From an uncultured Candidatus Saccharibacteria bacterium (GTDB lineage: Bacteria > Patescibacteriota > Doudnabacteria > UBA920), in the NCBI GenBank assembly GCA_964520505.1, contig CAZFQP010000003.1, forward strand, positions 16,738-80,737: a DNA stretch of 64,000 bases. The letters are read 5' to 3'. The notes under the pieces are model-generated. The model was not told the DNA's origin and made no database searches. It was given only the letters and a program-made list of their open reading frames with translations. Of the stretch, positions 36,229 to 45,144 are shown in pieces. Each line of letters begins with the position of its first letter. Positions within the stretch are counted from its first letter, which is position 1. Both the position numbers and the translations under genes were made by a program.

Positions 36229-36299
36229 TATATTAGAAAATTAAAATCCCCGTCTGTTTTCGCAGGCGGGGATTTTTTTACCGTTTATTAATTAATTGC

Positions 36300-36791
36300 T
36301 TATTCAACCCCTTCGGGGGTTGCTGTGTGTGGGCCCGGAGCTAAATCGCCAACACTTTTGCCGATGCAGTATACAAGTGCGTAAGAAGTTCCGTCATCGG
36401 CAGAAGAATACCAATAATCATTTCCCCCTGAACCTGAAGTGTTACCGCAGTCGCCGTCTGCTGGTTTTGGGGCTGACGGTATAAACGGAACATAGCCCGG
36501 CACAAATGGTTCCGGTCCTCCATCCATAGCGGTTGGGTCATTTAAAGCTGTGCCGCTGCCGGCGGTGGTAATCGAGCCTGTTCCTGTGGGATAAATTCCG
36601 TGGGCAATATGATACTGTTCCATGGCAGTGACAATCTGTCTGACATCCGCTGCTCTTTTGGTGTCGCGCGCTTTTGCTCTGGCAGACTGTAATGCCAATG
36701 TCACCACCCCGGCCAAGAGGCCGATAATAGCTATAACTACTAATAACTCAAGTAAAGTAAAACCCGATTGATTGTTTATTTTTGATTTCAC
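36300..36791 (-). CDS. type IV pilin / pseudopilin (prepilin N-terminal cleavage-methylation domain)
   Basis: GFTLLELLVVIAIIGLLAGV class III signal peptide. Confidence 0.85.
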   Translation of the reverse strand: MKSKINNQSGFTLLELLVVIAIIGLLAGVVTLALQSARAKARDTKRAADVRQIVTAMEQYHIAHGIYPTGTGSITTAGSGTALNDPTAMDGGPEPFVPGYVPFIPSAPKPADGDCGNTSGSGGNDYWYSSADDGTSYALVYCIGKSVGDLAPGPHTATPEGVE

Positions 36792-36829
36792 AGCGTGGTA
36801 AATTATTTAATATATTATAGCATATATTT

Positions 36830-38602
36830 TTATAGCTTATCACCAGAGTTATTAAATCCGCCGGCCTGAATTTCCCAGAGTTTTTGATAGGTTCCCTGTT
36901 TGGCCTTGAGCAGTTCTTCGTGTTTGCCTTGTTCGGTAATTTGTCCGTTCTCCAGCACGACAATTCTGTCCATTTGCATAATGGTCGATAACCTATGAGC
37001 GATAACTATTACCGTTTTATTTTTCATTAAGTTTTTTAAGGCATCTTTAATCAGCATTTCGCTTTCGCTGTCTAAGGAAGATGTGGCTTCGTCCAAAACC
37101 AAAATCGGAGCGTTCTTAAGAATTGCTCTGGCAATAGCTACGCGCTGGCGTTGTCCGCCGGAAAGCTTGATTCCCCTCTCCCCGACCAGGGTGTTGTATT
37201 TGTCTGGAAAACTTTCTATAAATTCATGAGCGTTGGCTAATTGCGCGGCATTAAGCACTTCGACGTCGGTTGCTTCGGGTTTTGCGTAGCGGATATTTTC
37301 GGCTAGACTGCGGTGAAATAGAATCGGTTCTTGCGGCACCAGGGAAATATTTACTCTCAAGGAATCTTGAGTTACCAAGGAAATATTTTGTCCGTCGATG
37401 TTAATTGTCCCGGAATCGATGTCTAAAAATCTTAGTAACAATTTGACGATGGTGGATTTACCTCCGCCGGACGGGCCGATTAAAGCTATTTTTTCTTTTG
37501 GCGCAATGGTTAAATTAAAATTGCTTAGGACTTCCACCCCTTTATGATACTGGAAAGTGGTGTTGTTAAATTCAATTAAGCCGCTTTTAACTTTTAATAT
37601 TTTTGCTTCGGGCGCGTCTTTTATTTCGTGCGGAGTGTTTAATATTTCCGTCATTTCGTTGGCATCGGCTAAGGCCTCGTAAGTGGAGCGCATGTTTTTG
37701 CCCGTGTTCCAGAGTTTGTCAAAAATTCGAAACAGGTAAGCTTGAATTAAAATAACATCACCAACCAGCAAGTGGCCTTGAGACCATTGGTTAATGGCCC
37801 AGTAGATGCCAAAAAATTCTAATCCTATGGAAAGGAAGCTTTGCCACAAATCTCCCCAGGTACCTAAATCCCAGCTTTTTTTGCGCAAAGAAAATTGGCG
37901 GTCAGTGACATATGTAAATCGATCATTTTCTCGGCTATAACCGGTAAATAATTTAATATTAATGTTGTTGGTAATGCTGTCGGCTAATTGGGCGGTGGTT
38001 TGTGTGTCGGCGGCCGCGCGTTTTATGTCGTACGGCAGTTTATAGCGGGAGTAAAAAAACGAAAACATTAAATAAACAACACACCAGGCAATTACCACAA
38101 TTCCGAAAGTATAATATTGCCAGGTTAAGACCGAAACCACCAAGGCGGTATCTATTAAAGAACGGCCCAAGTCGTAATAAATTTGGTCGGCAATTACCTC
38201 AAATGATTTTTCATAACGTTTAACCTTGGTGACTAAGCTGCCCACAAAACTGTTATTAAAAAAACTGTAAGAGTGTTTTTGCAGGTACTGATAGCAAGTG
38301 TTGGTTAGATCTGCCATTACTCGAGGCTGAAAGTAGTTGTTAATAAAATTATGGACTCGCCATAAAACAATTCTTAGCAGGTTTAGCGCCAGAATAATTA
38401 CAATCAATTTTGTAGCCTGGCTAACAACCTGTCCGCCTTTTGGCGCGGCCAGGAGATTAAAAAGGTCACGGTAAACCAGCGGAATGTAAATTTGCATTCC
38501 TTCTACGAATAAAATTCCGAGCACAATTAAAATCACCTGCCATTTGTAGCGCCAGGCGTGTTGCCAAAAAATCAGTAAGGTTTTTTTGCTCCAGCTTTGC
38601 AT
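36830..38602 (-). CDS. ABC exporter, fused permease/ATPase (MsbA/multidrug-type)
   Basis: 6-TM domain then Walker A GPSGGGKST, signature LSGGQRQRVAIARAIL, Walker B ILVLDEATSSLD; start moved to MQSWSKK (38602); the upstream in-frame extension is GC-rich leader. Confidence 0.85.
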   Translation of the reverse strand: MQSWSKKTLLIFWQHAWRYKWQVILIVLGILFVEGMQIYIPLVYRDLFNLLAAPKGGQVVSQATKLIVIILALNLLRIVLWRVHNFINNYFQPRVMADLTNTCYQYLQKHSYSFFNNSFVGSLVTKVKRYEKSFEVIADQIYYDLGRSLIDTALVVSVLTWQYYTFGIVVIAWCVVYLMFSFFYSRYKLPYDIKRAAADTQTTAQLADSITNNINIKLFTGYSRENDRFTYVTDRQFSLRKKSWDLGTWGDLWQSFLSIGLEFFGIYWAINQWSQGHLLVGDVILIQAYLFRIFDKLWNTGKNMRSTYEALADANEMTEILNTPHEIKDAPEAKILKVKSGLIEFNNTTFQYHKGVEVLSNFNLTIAPKEKIALIGPSGGGKSTIVKLLLRFLDIDSGTINIDGQNISLVTQDSLRVNISLVPQEPILFHRSLAENIRYAKPEATDVEVLNAAQLANAHEFIESFPDKYNTLVGERGIKLSGGQRQRVAIARAILKNAPILVLDEATSSLDSESEMLIKDALKNLMKNKTVIVIAHRLSTIMQMDRIVVLENGQITEQGKHEELLKAKQGTYQKLWEIQAGGFNNSGDKL

Positions 38603-38912
38603 AAAAATCCCAAAATTAAGGGATTTTATTATAACATAGTAATTACTGTCTTGACAGTGGTTATAATTCGGAATAAAATATTTGCACCATGCCACAGGAA
38701 AAAGAGGGACCAGTTCTCCGTAAAAAATCCGGGGAAACACCACCGACCCCAGTGATGGGGCCAAAACCGGAATCGACAGAGCCAACACAGGAACCAAAGC
38801 TCCGCCACTCGGTTCCGGGTAGTCTGGAATAACAGCGTCCGCCGCGCCTTTGGGTTAGTTCTTTCCTTAGGGACAGAAACCTAATCCAGAGTGCGCGGCG
38901 GTTTTAATTTGT

Positions 38913-39284
38913 TTAGAAGCGAAAAATAATCGTGAAAATAACTGCGGCGAGACCGACGGCTGAAGAGTTAAATATCGCTAAGGCGGGAAAAGAGTTTTCG
39001 GTGTTGCGCCGCATTTGATAGAACAAAATTCCTTCTACAATCGCAACACTAAGCACATAAAAAGCAATTTTTCCGCAAAAGGCAAGGATGGATGTTTGGT
39101 TAAGGCTTAGCCAGGTTAAGGCTGAGCCGCTTAACAGCTGAAACCCAAAGTTATAGCCAATAGCTTTGGCGTAAGAAGTGTATCTGCCCCCCTGTTTTTT
39201 ATAAATGGCAAACAAAGAAGCGGCCATAAGCCCAAAAACGCTTAAAGCGCCAAGAATGTGGAGAAATAAAATTGTTTTAAACAT
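38913..39284 (-). CDS. hypothetical membrane protein (4 TM)
   Basis: Hydrophobicity only. Confidence 0.4.
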   Translation of the reverse strand: MFKTILFLHILGALSVFGLMAASLFAIYKKQGGRYTSYAKAIGYNFGFQLLSGSALTWLSLNQTSILAFCGKIAFYVLSVAIVEGILFYQMRRNTENSFPALAIFNSSAVGLAAVIFTIIFRF

Positions 39285-39347
39285 ATGCTAAGTCCTTCCA
39301 GAGTTAAAGTTAGTTAATGGTTTTAAATTATAGCAGAAAATTTTTAA

Positions 39348-40319
39348 CTAATGAATAGCCAATTCTACCAGTGCCGTAGTTTGCACAACCAAAAAAGCTA
39401 AATATACATAGAGCAAAATAAAGCCTTCTTTTTTAGAAATGGTGTTTTTTGAACCGGCGAAAAAATAAAACAAAATTAAACCCGCCCCCATTAAAAAACA
39501 AGTAGCTAAAAATTCATTTGGTTCAACCGTAAACTTGCCGTTATATAATGCCAGTAGCCCAAAAATCGGAGTATTGGCAACGGCCGAGCCAAGGTAGTCG
39601 CCAAAGGCAATGTCCGTGTGCTTTTTCAAAATAGAGCGCACGGCAATCACCAGCTCCGGAACGTTGGTTCCAATGGACAGCGCTACCAGCCCGATTAACG
39701 AACTTGGTACGCCCAAAATTTGTGAGAAGAATATTCCCTCGTTAACCAAAATGTGTCCGGCGCCAAAAATTAGTGCAGCGCCAAAAATAATTTTTAGCGA
39801 GTCTGTGGTGTTAGTGTGTTTTTTGTGGACAAGGTTTTCGTCAACCAGTTCAATAGTTTTAATAGCCGAAGTTTTGTGGCGGATGGAATAAATTAAAATC
39901 GTATAAAACATTAAAATAATTACGCCCTCGGTTCTGGTAACTGTACCGTCGAGAACAAATAGAGCCGGCAGCATTATTATGCCTAAAGCCAAGGCCAGAT
40001 TGTTGCGCGAAATGGTATGCCTTAGAGAAATGCCGTTGCCTGCTATGGCCAGCAGCGGCACAATGAGCATTAAAATTACCAATGAAGCGCCTATAAGATT
40101 GCCGGCGGAAATTTGCGGTTGATGTTCCAGGCTGGAATTTACAGCAACGGAAATTTCGCTAATTGAAGTTAAAAATCCCAAAACAAAAAAAGCCACAGTA
40201 AAACCTGTTTGGTTAAAGCGCTTGGCCACGCGGTCAACGGAATCTATAAGCAATCCGGAAAAAAACCAGATAACCGCCGAAGAAAACAAAAAAAGAAATA
40301 AATGATTTAAAATCGCCAT
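39348..40319 (-). CDS. CaCA-family cation:Ca2+ antiporter (YrbG-like Na+/Ca2+ exchanger)
   Basis: Two alpha-repeats with GNLIGAS and GTNVPELV signatures. Confidence 0.8.
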   Translation of the reverse strand: MAILNHLFLFLFSSAVIWFFSGLLIDSVDRVAKRFNQTGFTVAFFVLGFLTSISEISVAVNSSLEHQPQISAGNLIGASLVILMLIVPLLAIAGNGISLRHTISRNNLALALGIIMLPALFVLDGTVTRTEGVIILMFYTILIYSIRHKTSAIKTIELVDENLVHKKHTNTTDSLKIIFGAALIFGAGHILVNEGIFFSQILGVPSSLIGLVALSIGTNVPELVIAVRSILKKHTDIAFGDYLGSAVANTPIFGLLALYNGKFTVEPNEFLATCFLMGAGLILFYFFAGSKNTISKKEGFILLYVYLAFLVVQTTALVELAIH

Positions 40320-40396
40320 TTTATTTTGGTTTTAAGATAACTGTCTTTTAAGAAGTATATCAGATGCAATTCAAAATACTCAACTCAAACCAAAAT

Positions 40397-40427
40397 ATAT
40401 TCTGGTATTCTGCAGAATATCAGAATG
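40397..40427. promoter_or_regulatory. 31-bp element ATATTCTGGTATTCTGCAGAATATCAGAATG containing a 26-bp near-perfect palindrome; candidate ArsR-family operator upstream of the antiporter gene
   Basis: Direct repeat of 40706-40736 (one mismatch); central ATTCTGCAGAAT is a perfect palindrome. Confidence 0.55.
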
Positions 40428-40689
40428 ATTTAGTGAAGGCAAAAAACTTTTTTCCGTAGGGCGAGAGGGAATGTAAAACCTCCCTGTCTCGATATTTTTT
40501 GTTGAGCAGTCCGGCTTGAACCAGTTTTCTGGTATGTTCAGAAATAGTTTTAATATTGCATTTTAACTGGGTTGAAATTTGATTCAGTGTAATTCCTGAG
40601 GATTTTTCGACCAAAAATAAAATCTCAATGCGCCGATGGTTGGCGGCTCCTTTAAAGTATCTCTCTAGTTGTTTGCAAGTCTTTTGCAC
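40420..40689 (-). CDS. ArsR/SmtB-family transcriptional regulator
   Basis: HTH region ANHRRIEILFLV...ITLNQISTQLKCNIKTISEHTRKLVQAGLL. Confidence 0.8.
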   Translation of the reverse strand: MQKTCKQLERYFKGAANHRRIEILFLVEKSSGITLNQISTQLKCNIKTISEHTRKLVQAGLLNKKYRDREVLHSLSPYGKKFFAFTKSF

Positions 40690-40705
40690 AAAATTCCCAT
40701 TATTA

Positions 40706-40736
40706 TATTCTGGTATTCTGCAGAATGTCAGAATGT
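40706..40736. promoter_or_regulatory. Second copy of the 31-bp palindromic operator-like element, upstream of the arsR-family gene (autoregulation site candidate)
   Basis: See 40397-40427. Confidence 0.55.
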
Positions 40737-40744
40737 TTTTAGGG

Positions 40745-42007
40745 TTAAATTTTCATTTCGTCAAAGGCCCAGGAAATTATTTCCAGCATTTGCGGATAGT
40801 TGGCCGCTCCCCTGTCTTGCGTGTAAAAATACAAAGTGTTGCCGACCAGTTCAATGTTTAGCTCAAACGGCAAATTGTAGATTTTTTCCATAAAATTCGG
40901 TGTGAGCAGCTCAAGAGAATTTATTTGGTCGCGCTCATCCGCCCAAAGCGAGAATTTATTATTAAAGTCCGCGCTTTCCAAAGACATTTTTTTAAGTCCC
41001 CATACCGGCAGCTGGAAAAACTTTTTCTTTTTTATAAGAATGTCATAGTATGTTTTTGGCAAGATGGCCTGGGCTATAACATAATTTTCCGGATTTTTGC
41101 TTTGGGTGTTTGGAATGTAAGTGTAAAATTCCACAATTTTACCCCTAAAGTAGCCAATGACGTGGTTGTTGATGTCGCTGCGGCCAAAGTTGGTTTGTTT
41201 AAATAGCACGCCCTTGTCGGGCATCATTAGCCAGCCAAAATCAGCGTCGTAATAAAAGTTATTTTGTTTGGCAAACTCAACTATATCCCCTTCTGTCATT
41301 GCGGCGTCTTCGGTTTCTTGGGTAATAAAATCCAAAATCCATTTTTTATCCGGTTTTTGCACTAAATGCCAGTATTCGGTAAAGCTGCTGTTGTCGGTAT
41401 AAAGCGGTTTGTTATTTTCCGTGTCCATTAAGACATCGTGAGCCGAGGCGGAAATTTGCAAAGTAAGTTTTTGCGTAGTTTCTCCGGGCTGTTCTTCCCC
41501 AACTACAAACATTTCGTAAACTGTCACATCGCTCATCGGGTTGGCGCGTTTTTCATTTTGCAACACAGACAATTCCAAAACCATGCGTTTGTAGTATTCG
41601 GGCGTAACCAGCTGCTCCATTGTTTTTAAATCAAACTCGCCCCAGGCTTTCTGGAAACTTTTAAAAAGATTTTCCACTTCCAACCGCAGCTGCGGCCAGT
41701 TTAAGTTGTTGCCGGAAATTATCTCCGCCTGCTTTTTCGCCATCATCTCTTTTCGTTTTTTGTTGGCAAAATATGCAATTACAGAGCCGACCACAAAAAT
41801 ACTCAAGGGGAAAAGCAGGAACCAAGGATCAAATTTACCACCCCCGCCGGATGAGTGGGAAGAATAAGAACCTCCGCTAAAACCACCGCCTCCCCCACCG
41901 CCTCCCCCACCGCCAGAACCACCACCCCCACCCCGCGCCAAAGCATACTGGGTAAAACTAATAAAACTAACAAGCAGTAAGGCAAAAACAAATTTTATTT
42001 TTTTCAT
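40745..42007 (-). CDS. membrane protein with signal peptide, poly-Gly/Ser stretch, TM helix and large C-terminal domain (possibly Tim44-like/NTF2-like), hypothetical
   Basis: GGGGGSGGGGGGGGGGGFSGGSYSSHSSGGGG run followed by a TM helix; start moved to MKKIKFVFALLL (42007). Confidence 0.4.
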   Translation of the reverse strand: MKKIKFVFALLLVSFISFTQYALARGGGGGSGGGGGGGGGGGFSGGSYSSHSSGGGGKFDPWFLLFPLSIFVVGSVIAYFANKKRKEMMAKKQAEIISGNNLNWPQLRLEVENLFKSFQKAWGEFDLKTMEQLVTPEYYKRMVLELSVLQNEKRANPMSDVTVYEMFVVGEEQPGETTQKLTLQISASAHDVLMDTENNKPLYTDNSSFTEYWHLVQKPDKKWILDFITQETEDAAMTEGDIVEFAKQNNFYYDADFGWLMMPDKGVLFKQTNFGRSDINNHVIGYFRGKIVEFYTYIPNTQSKNPENYVIAQAILPKTYYDILIKKKKFFQLPVWGLKKMSLESADFNNKFSLWADERDQINSLELLTPNFMEKIYNLPFELNIELVGNTLYFYTQDRGAANYPQMLEIISWAFDEMKI

Positions 42008-42201
42008 ATATCTACTTAGTTTATATTTGAAGTATATCAAAAAACATCCTAAGAATATAGGATGTTTTTTGAGCATATGCAAATAGATTAAAATTATCGA
42101 TAAAGGTGATTAATATTTACCCATTCAAAATTTATCAAATCGTTGACAAACTTTGAATGGGTGGGCAGAGTCGAATTTAACCCTGCCCGCCGTTGTTGTG
42201 T

Positions 42202-42705
42202 CTAGATGTCCAGGCTCGTGAGGCCTGATGGTTCCTGATCCCGGGTGGTTTCGGTTTTTTGCTTTACCACCGAAAACCAAACCCAGAGAATCAGTCCCAG
42301 CACAGCGCCCAATACGGAACCTTCGAAGGTGTTCACTATTCCATCCGGAGGCTGTCGGACAAGCCGTCGGAACTCGAAAATCTTGCTCTGATCCGACAAG
42401 CCCGGTTGGTTGAAGACCTCGGCCGCCTTCTTTTGGTTCCTGAACCAGAGGCCTATGTCTTTTTCCGGCGTGTTAGGCAGGAAATACACGGTGACGCCAC
42501 GGGTATACCCGCCCCTTTCCAAAAACTTGAGTGCTGCCTCGAAGCTTTCCGAGGCTTCTTTGGGATCGCCTGATCCCAAAGCCCTGCTGGTTGGGATGGT
42601 GTATCCCTCCCAGAAGTTGTAGGCCGGTATGGCGAACCAAAGAGCTAGGAGGGCACCCAACAGAACAGGTGCCAGAAGGGTTGATACCATTTTAATTCGC
42701 TTCAT
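42202..42705 (-). CDS. GC-rich hypothetical membrane protein (N- and C-terminal TM helices)
   Basis: GC ~52-55%; no recognisable motif. Confidence 0.4.
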   Translation of the reverse strand: MKRIKMVSTLLAPVLLGALLALWFAIPAYNFWEGYTIPTSRALGSGDPKEASESFEAALKFLERGGYTRGVTVYFLPNTPEKDIGLWFRNQKKAAEVFNQPGLSDQSKIFEFRRLVRQPPDGIVNTFEGSVLGAVLGLILWVWFSVVKQKTETTRDQEPSGLTSLDI

Positions 42706-42836
42706 TTAAATTTTTCCTCCACTTTTTCATGTGAGTCGAACATAATAAAATACCACATTTAGTGGTATTTTGTCAATCGCTTAGAACCTTTAAAATATTT
42801 TGGTTTATTAGTTTTTATGCTGGTGTAAAAAATTGG

Positions 42837-42880
42837 CAACATAAAAACCGCAGCTAATAGCTACGGTTTTTATGGCAGGG
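42837..42880. repeat. Left imperfect direct repeat (att-like) of the tRNA-Trp 3'-flank: AACATAAAAACC-[hairpin]-GGTTTTTATGGCAGGG
   Basis: Matches 44303-44348 with compensatory changes in the hairpin stem; includes a copy of the TGGCAGGG tRNA 3'-end complement. Confidence 0.55.
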
Positions 42881-42967
42881 AATAGTAAAGGATGTTAGAA
42901 CTATAATACAGCAATCCCAAAAGTATTTTTACATACCAACAATGATTTAAACAAAAATCCGATTTCT

Positions 42968-43552
42968 TTAAACTACTGGGCTATTTGTCATTTTAGGCTT
43001 TGCTTTATCAAGTACTTCCTCTATCTCCCTTTCGGATTCTGAAGTATTAAAATAATCTTCGCTGTAAGGATTCTGATTTGTTGCCATAACATCTCTAAAA
43101 AGAGCAACTAATTCTTGATGAAGTTCATCAAGTTTTTTTATCAAAAATTTGTTTACAATTCCTTGTTTTCGGCTAAAAGGGTAATTATTAGTTTCATTAG
43201 CGGTATCGGCATGACCAACTATTTGGTCACGAATCGTTTTTAAACCTGATTTTTCTAATAGCTCTGTAATTTCAGTTAACTTTTCACCTCTAGTATTTAC
43301 AAAATCTTTTCTATTCCAAAAGCTTATAACCCTTGGGTCTTTATCCAAAAGGGTGGCTGTAATAAGCAAACTGTCATGAAAACACACATTACAAATGGAC
43401 TTATAAAAAGCATCAATATTAGTTGATGTATCAAAATGTTTAAATCCATTTTTTTCTGGGTAGTCAGTAATACTTTTGCAATACGAAAGGTCGTATTTGG
43501 CTACAACTAACAAATCTGCAAGTTGATGATTATTGATTTGTGGTATATTCAT
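42968..43552 (-). CDS. hypothetical protein with Rx5H (HEPN-like) motif, third gene of AT-rich islet operon
   Basis: GC ~32%; motif KTIRDQIVGHADT fits the HEPN Rx4-6H signature; 23-bp overlap with upstream gene. Confidence 0.4.
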   Translation of the reverse strand: MNIPQINNHQLADLLVVAKYDLSYCKSITDYPEKNGFKHFDTSTNIDAFYKSICNVCFHDSLLITATLLDKDPRVISFWNRKDFVNTRGEKLTEITELLEKSGLKTIRDQIVGHADTANETNNYPFSRKQGIVNKFLIKKLDELHQELVALFRDVMATNQNPYSEDYFNTSESEREIEEVLDKAKPKMTNSPVV

Positions 43553-43949
43553 ATTTTTTGTTACACTCTTTCACATATTGATTCATTTCAGCCATATCGG
43601 ATAATGGCAGTATAGACATATTCTCTGTCATAAAAACTTTGAGTTTTTCAGGTATCTCGCCCTGTGTAGTCTTTTTAAAAATATCGTTAATTAGTTGTGC
43701 TTCTTGGTCATCGACGAAATGGCTTATATATGAATATGCTGTAACTAAATCATTATAATCTTTTTCTTTAAAATGCTTTATCTTTATAAGTTCATCAATA
43801 TAAACAATAAAAGCTTGTCTAATTTTGATTTTTGAGCAGGGCAATAATGATTCGCTTCTTGCAATACCGTCAACTCCTTTTCCTAGTGCTGCACCAAAGG
43901 CATTTATTATTTTTTCAGCTTCTTTTCCAGTCATAATATTATTCGACAA
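43530..43949 (-). CDS. hypothetical protein (139 aa), second gene of AT-rich islet operon
   Basis: No recognisable motif; translationally coupled to 42968 gene. Confidence 0.4.
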   Translation of the reverse strand: MSNNIMTGKEAEKIINAFGAALGKGVDGIARSESLLPCSKIKIRQAFIVYIDELIKIKHFKEKDYNDLVTAYSYISHFVDDQEAQLINDIFKKTTQGEIPEKLKVFMTENMSILPLSDMAEMNQYVKECNKKYEYTTNQ

Positions 43950-43954
43950 TTATT

Positions 43955-44221
43955 TTAGAAAATGAACCACCAAACAATTAAGCTAATACAAATTACCTGC
44001 CCAATCAGCGCATAAAATCCTATCAATGAAAAAAGAAATTTTAAAATTATACTTATATTTCTAGAGCTTCCTAATCTATCCGAGAAAACCCAACCGCGAG
44101 TAAATAAATCAATAAATCCTGCTACTAAAATTGTTATTGGAATCCACAGATAAAGTTGATTAAATATTAAGCCAACAATTAAGACAATAGCAGAAATGAT
44201 GATTGAAAGGTTGATTTTCAT
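43955..44221 (-). CDS. small 3-TM membrane protein (88 aa), first gene of AT-rich islet operon
   Basis: Three hydrophobic helices; 5-bp gap to next gene. Confidence 0.45.
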   Translation of the reverse strand: MKINLSIIISAIVLIVGLIFNQLYLWIPITILVAGFIDLFTRGWVFSDRLGSSRNISIILKFLFSLIGFYALIGQVICISLIVWWFIF

Positions 44222-44302
44222 TGTAATTTTATGCCTATTTTAGACTAAAATTATTATACCCCCGTTTACCCCACCCCGCAACTTTCACTTTTTCAATTCC
44301 GT

Positions 44303-44348
44303 AACATAAAAAACCATAACATCAGTTATGGTTTTTTATGGCAGGGGC
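44303..44348. repeat. Right direct repeat: terminator hairpin CCATAACATCAGTTATGG + T-run downstream of tRNA-Trp, overlapping the tRNA 3' end
   Basis: See 42837-42880. Confidence 0.55.
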
Positions 44349-44413
44349 GGTAGGAATCGAACCCACGCAAGCGGTTTTGGAGACCGCTGTACTACCATTA
44401 TACGACGCCCCCA
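44341..44413 (-). tRNA. tRNA-Trp (anticodon CCA)
   Basis: Cloverleaf: acceptor GGGGGCG/CGCCCCT, D-arm with TAATGGTAG, anticodon loop CTCCAAA, T-arm GTGGGTTCGATTCCTAC; CCA not fully encoded. Confidence 0.85.
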
Positions 44414-44439
44414 GGTAACCGCCTGTGGCGGTTAGATGT

Positions 44440-44595
44440 TATTTAGTTTCTTTATGCAAAGTTTTCTTTTTGCAGAATTTGCAGAACTTCTGAAGCTCTA
44501 AGCGCTTCTGGGTGTTCTTTTTATTCTTCTTGGTTTGGTAATTCAAGTTATGGCAAACTGTGCATTCCATATTAATCAAGTGGTCTTGAGACATA
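44440..44595 (-). CDS. rpmG: 50S ribosomal protein L33
   Basis: 51-aa [54 protein letters not shown] with the L33 C4 zinc-ribbon pattern; below the 60-aa track cutoff; tRNA-Trp/rpmG adjacency is common. Confidence 0.8.
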
Positions 44596-44701
44596 AGAAA
44601 TTTAGAATTTAAGAATTAAGATATAAGATTTATTGATTCAATGGCGTTTGAATCAACATTAGCATTGTACTTGATCCAATTACAATGCATTCCATTTTAA
44701 T

Positions 44702-44803
44702 GGAGCCGGCTGTCCCGACCTGTCGGGACCACCTACGGTTTATCCCCCGTCGCTAAAGCTATGGAGGGACTTATGCAAAACCGTTGCTCCCTGCCTGCCG
44801 GCA
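44702..44803 (-). pseudogene. Degenerate tRNA-Thr-like duplicate (acceptor and anticodon stems retained, D-arm shortened, T-loop replaced, ~33-nt insertion in anticodon loop)
   Basis: Aligns to the adjacent tRNA-Thr(TGT): shared TGGAGCCGGCTGTC...CCACCTACGGTTTA...AACCGTTGCTC; preceded by the same CCGTCCGCCTNAGGCGGATCATCCGG hairpin. Confidence 0.45.
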
Positions 44804-44853
44804 GGCAGGTACCGGATGATCCGCCTGAGGCGGACGGCCTATATAATTTTAAT

Positions 44854-44929
44854 GGAGCCGGCTGTCGGACTTGAACCGACCACCTACGGTTTACAAAACC
44901 GTTGCTCTACCGGATGAGCTAAGCCGGCG
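44854..44929 (-). tRNA. tRNA-Thr (anticodon TGT)
   Basis: GCCGGCTTAGCTCATCCGGTAGAGCAACGGTTTTGTAAACCGTAGGTGGTCGGTTCAAGTCCGACAGCCGGCTCCA; CCA encoded. Confidence 0.88.
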
Positions 44930-45144
44930 GGTTAACGCTGTGCCGGATGATCCGCCTAAGGCGGACGGCATAGGCTCTTAAATTATATAGGCTCCGGTAA
45001 TTGCTTAATAAAAAGCAAACTCAATATATTTTGACATAAAATTTAAAAAATGTCCAGCAGTTAAATTTTGCCTTCAGGGCAGGTTTCGAGGCCAAATTTT
45101 ATGCTATAATATATCGGTATAAATTAATTATTTTAAGGAAACAA

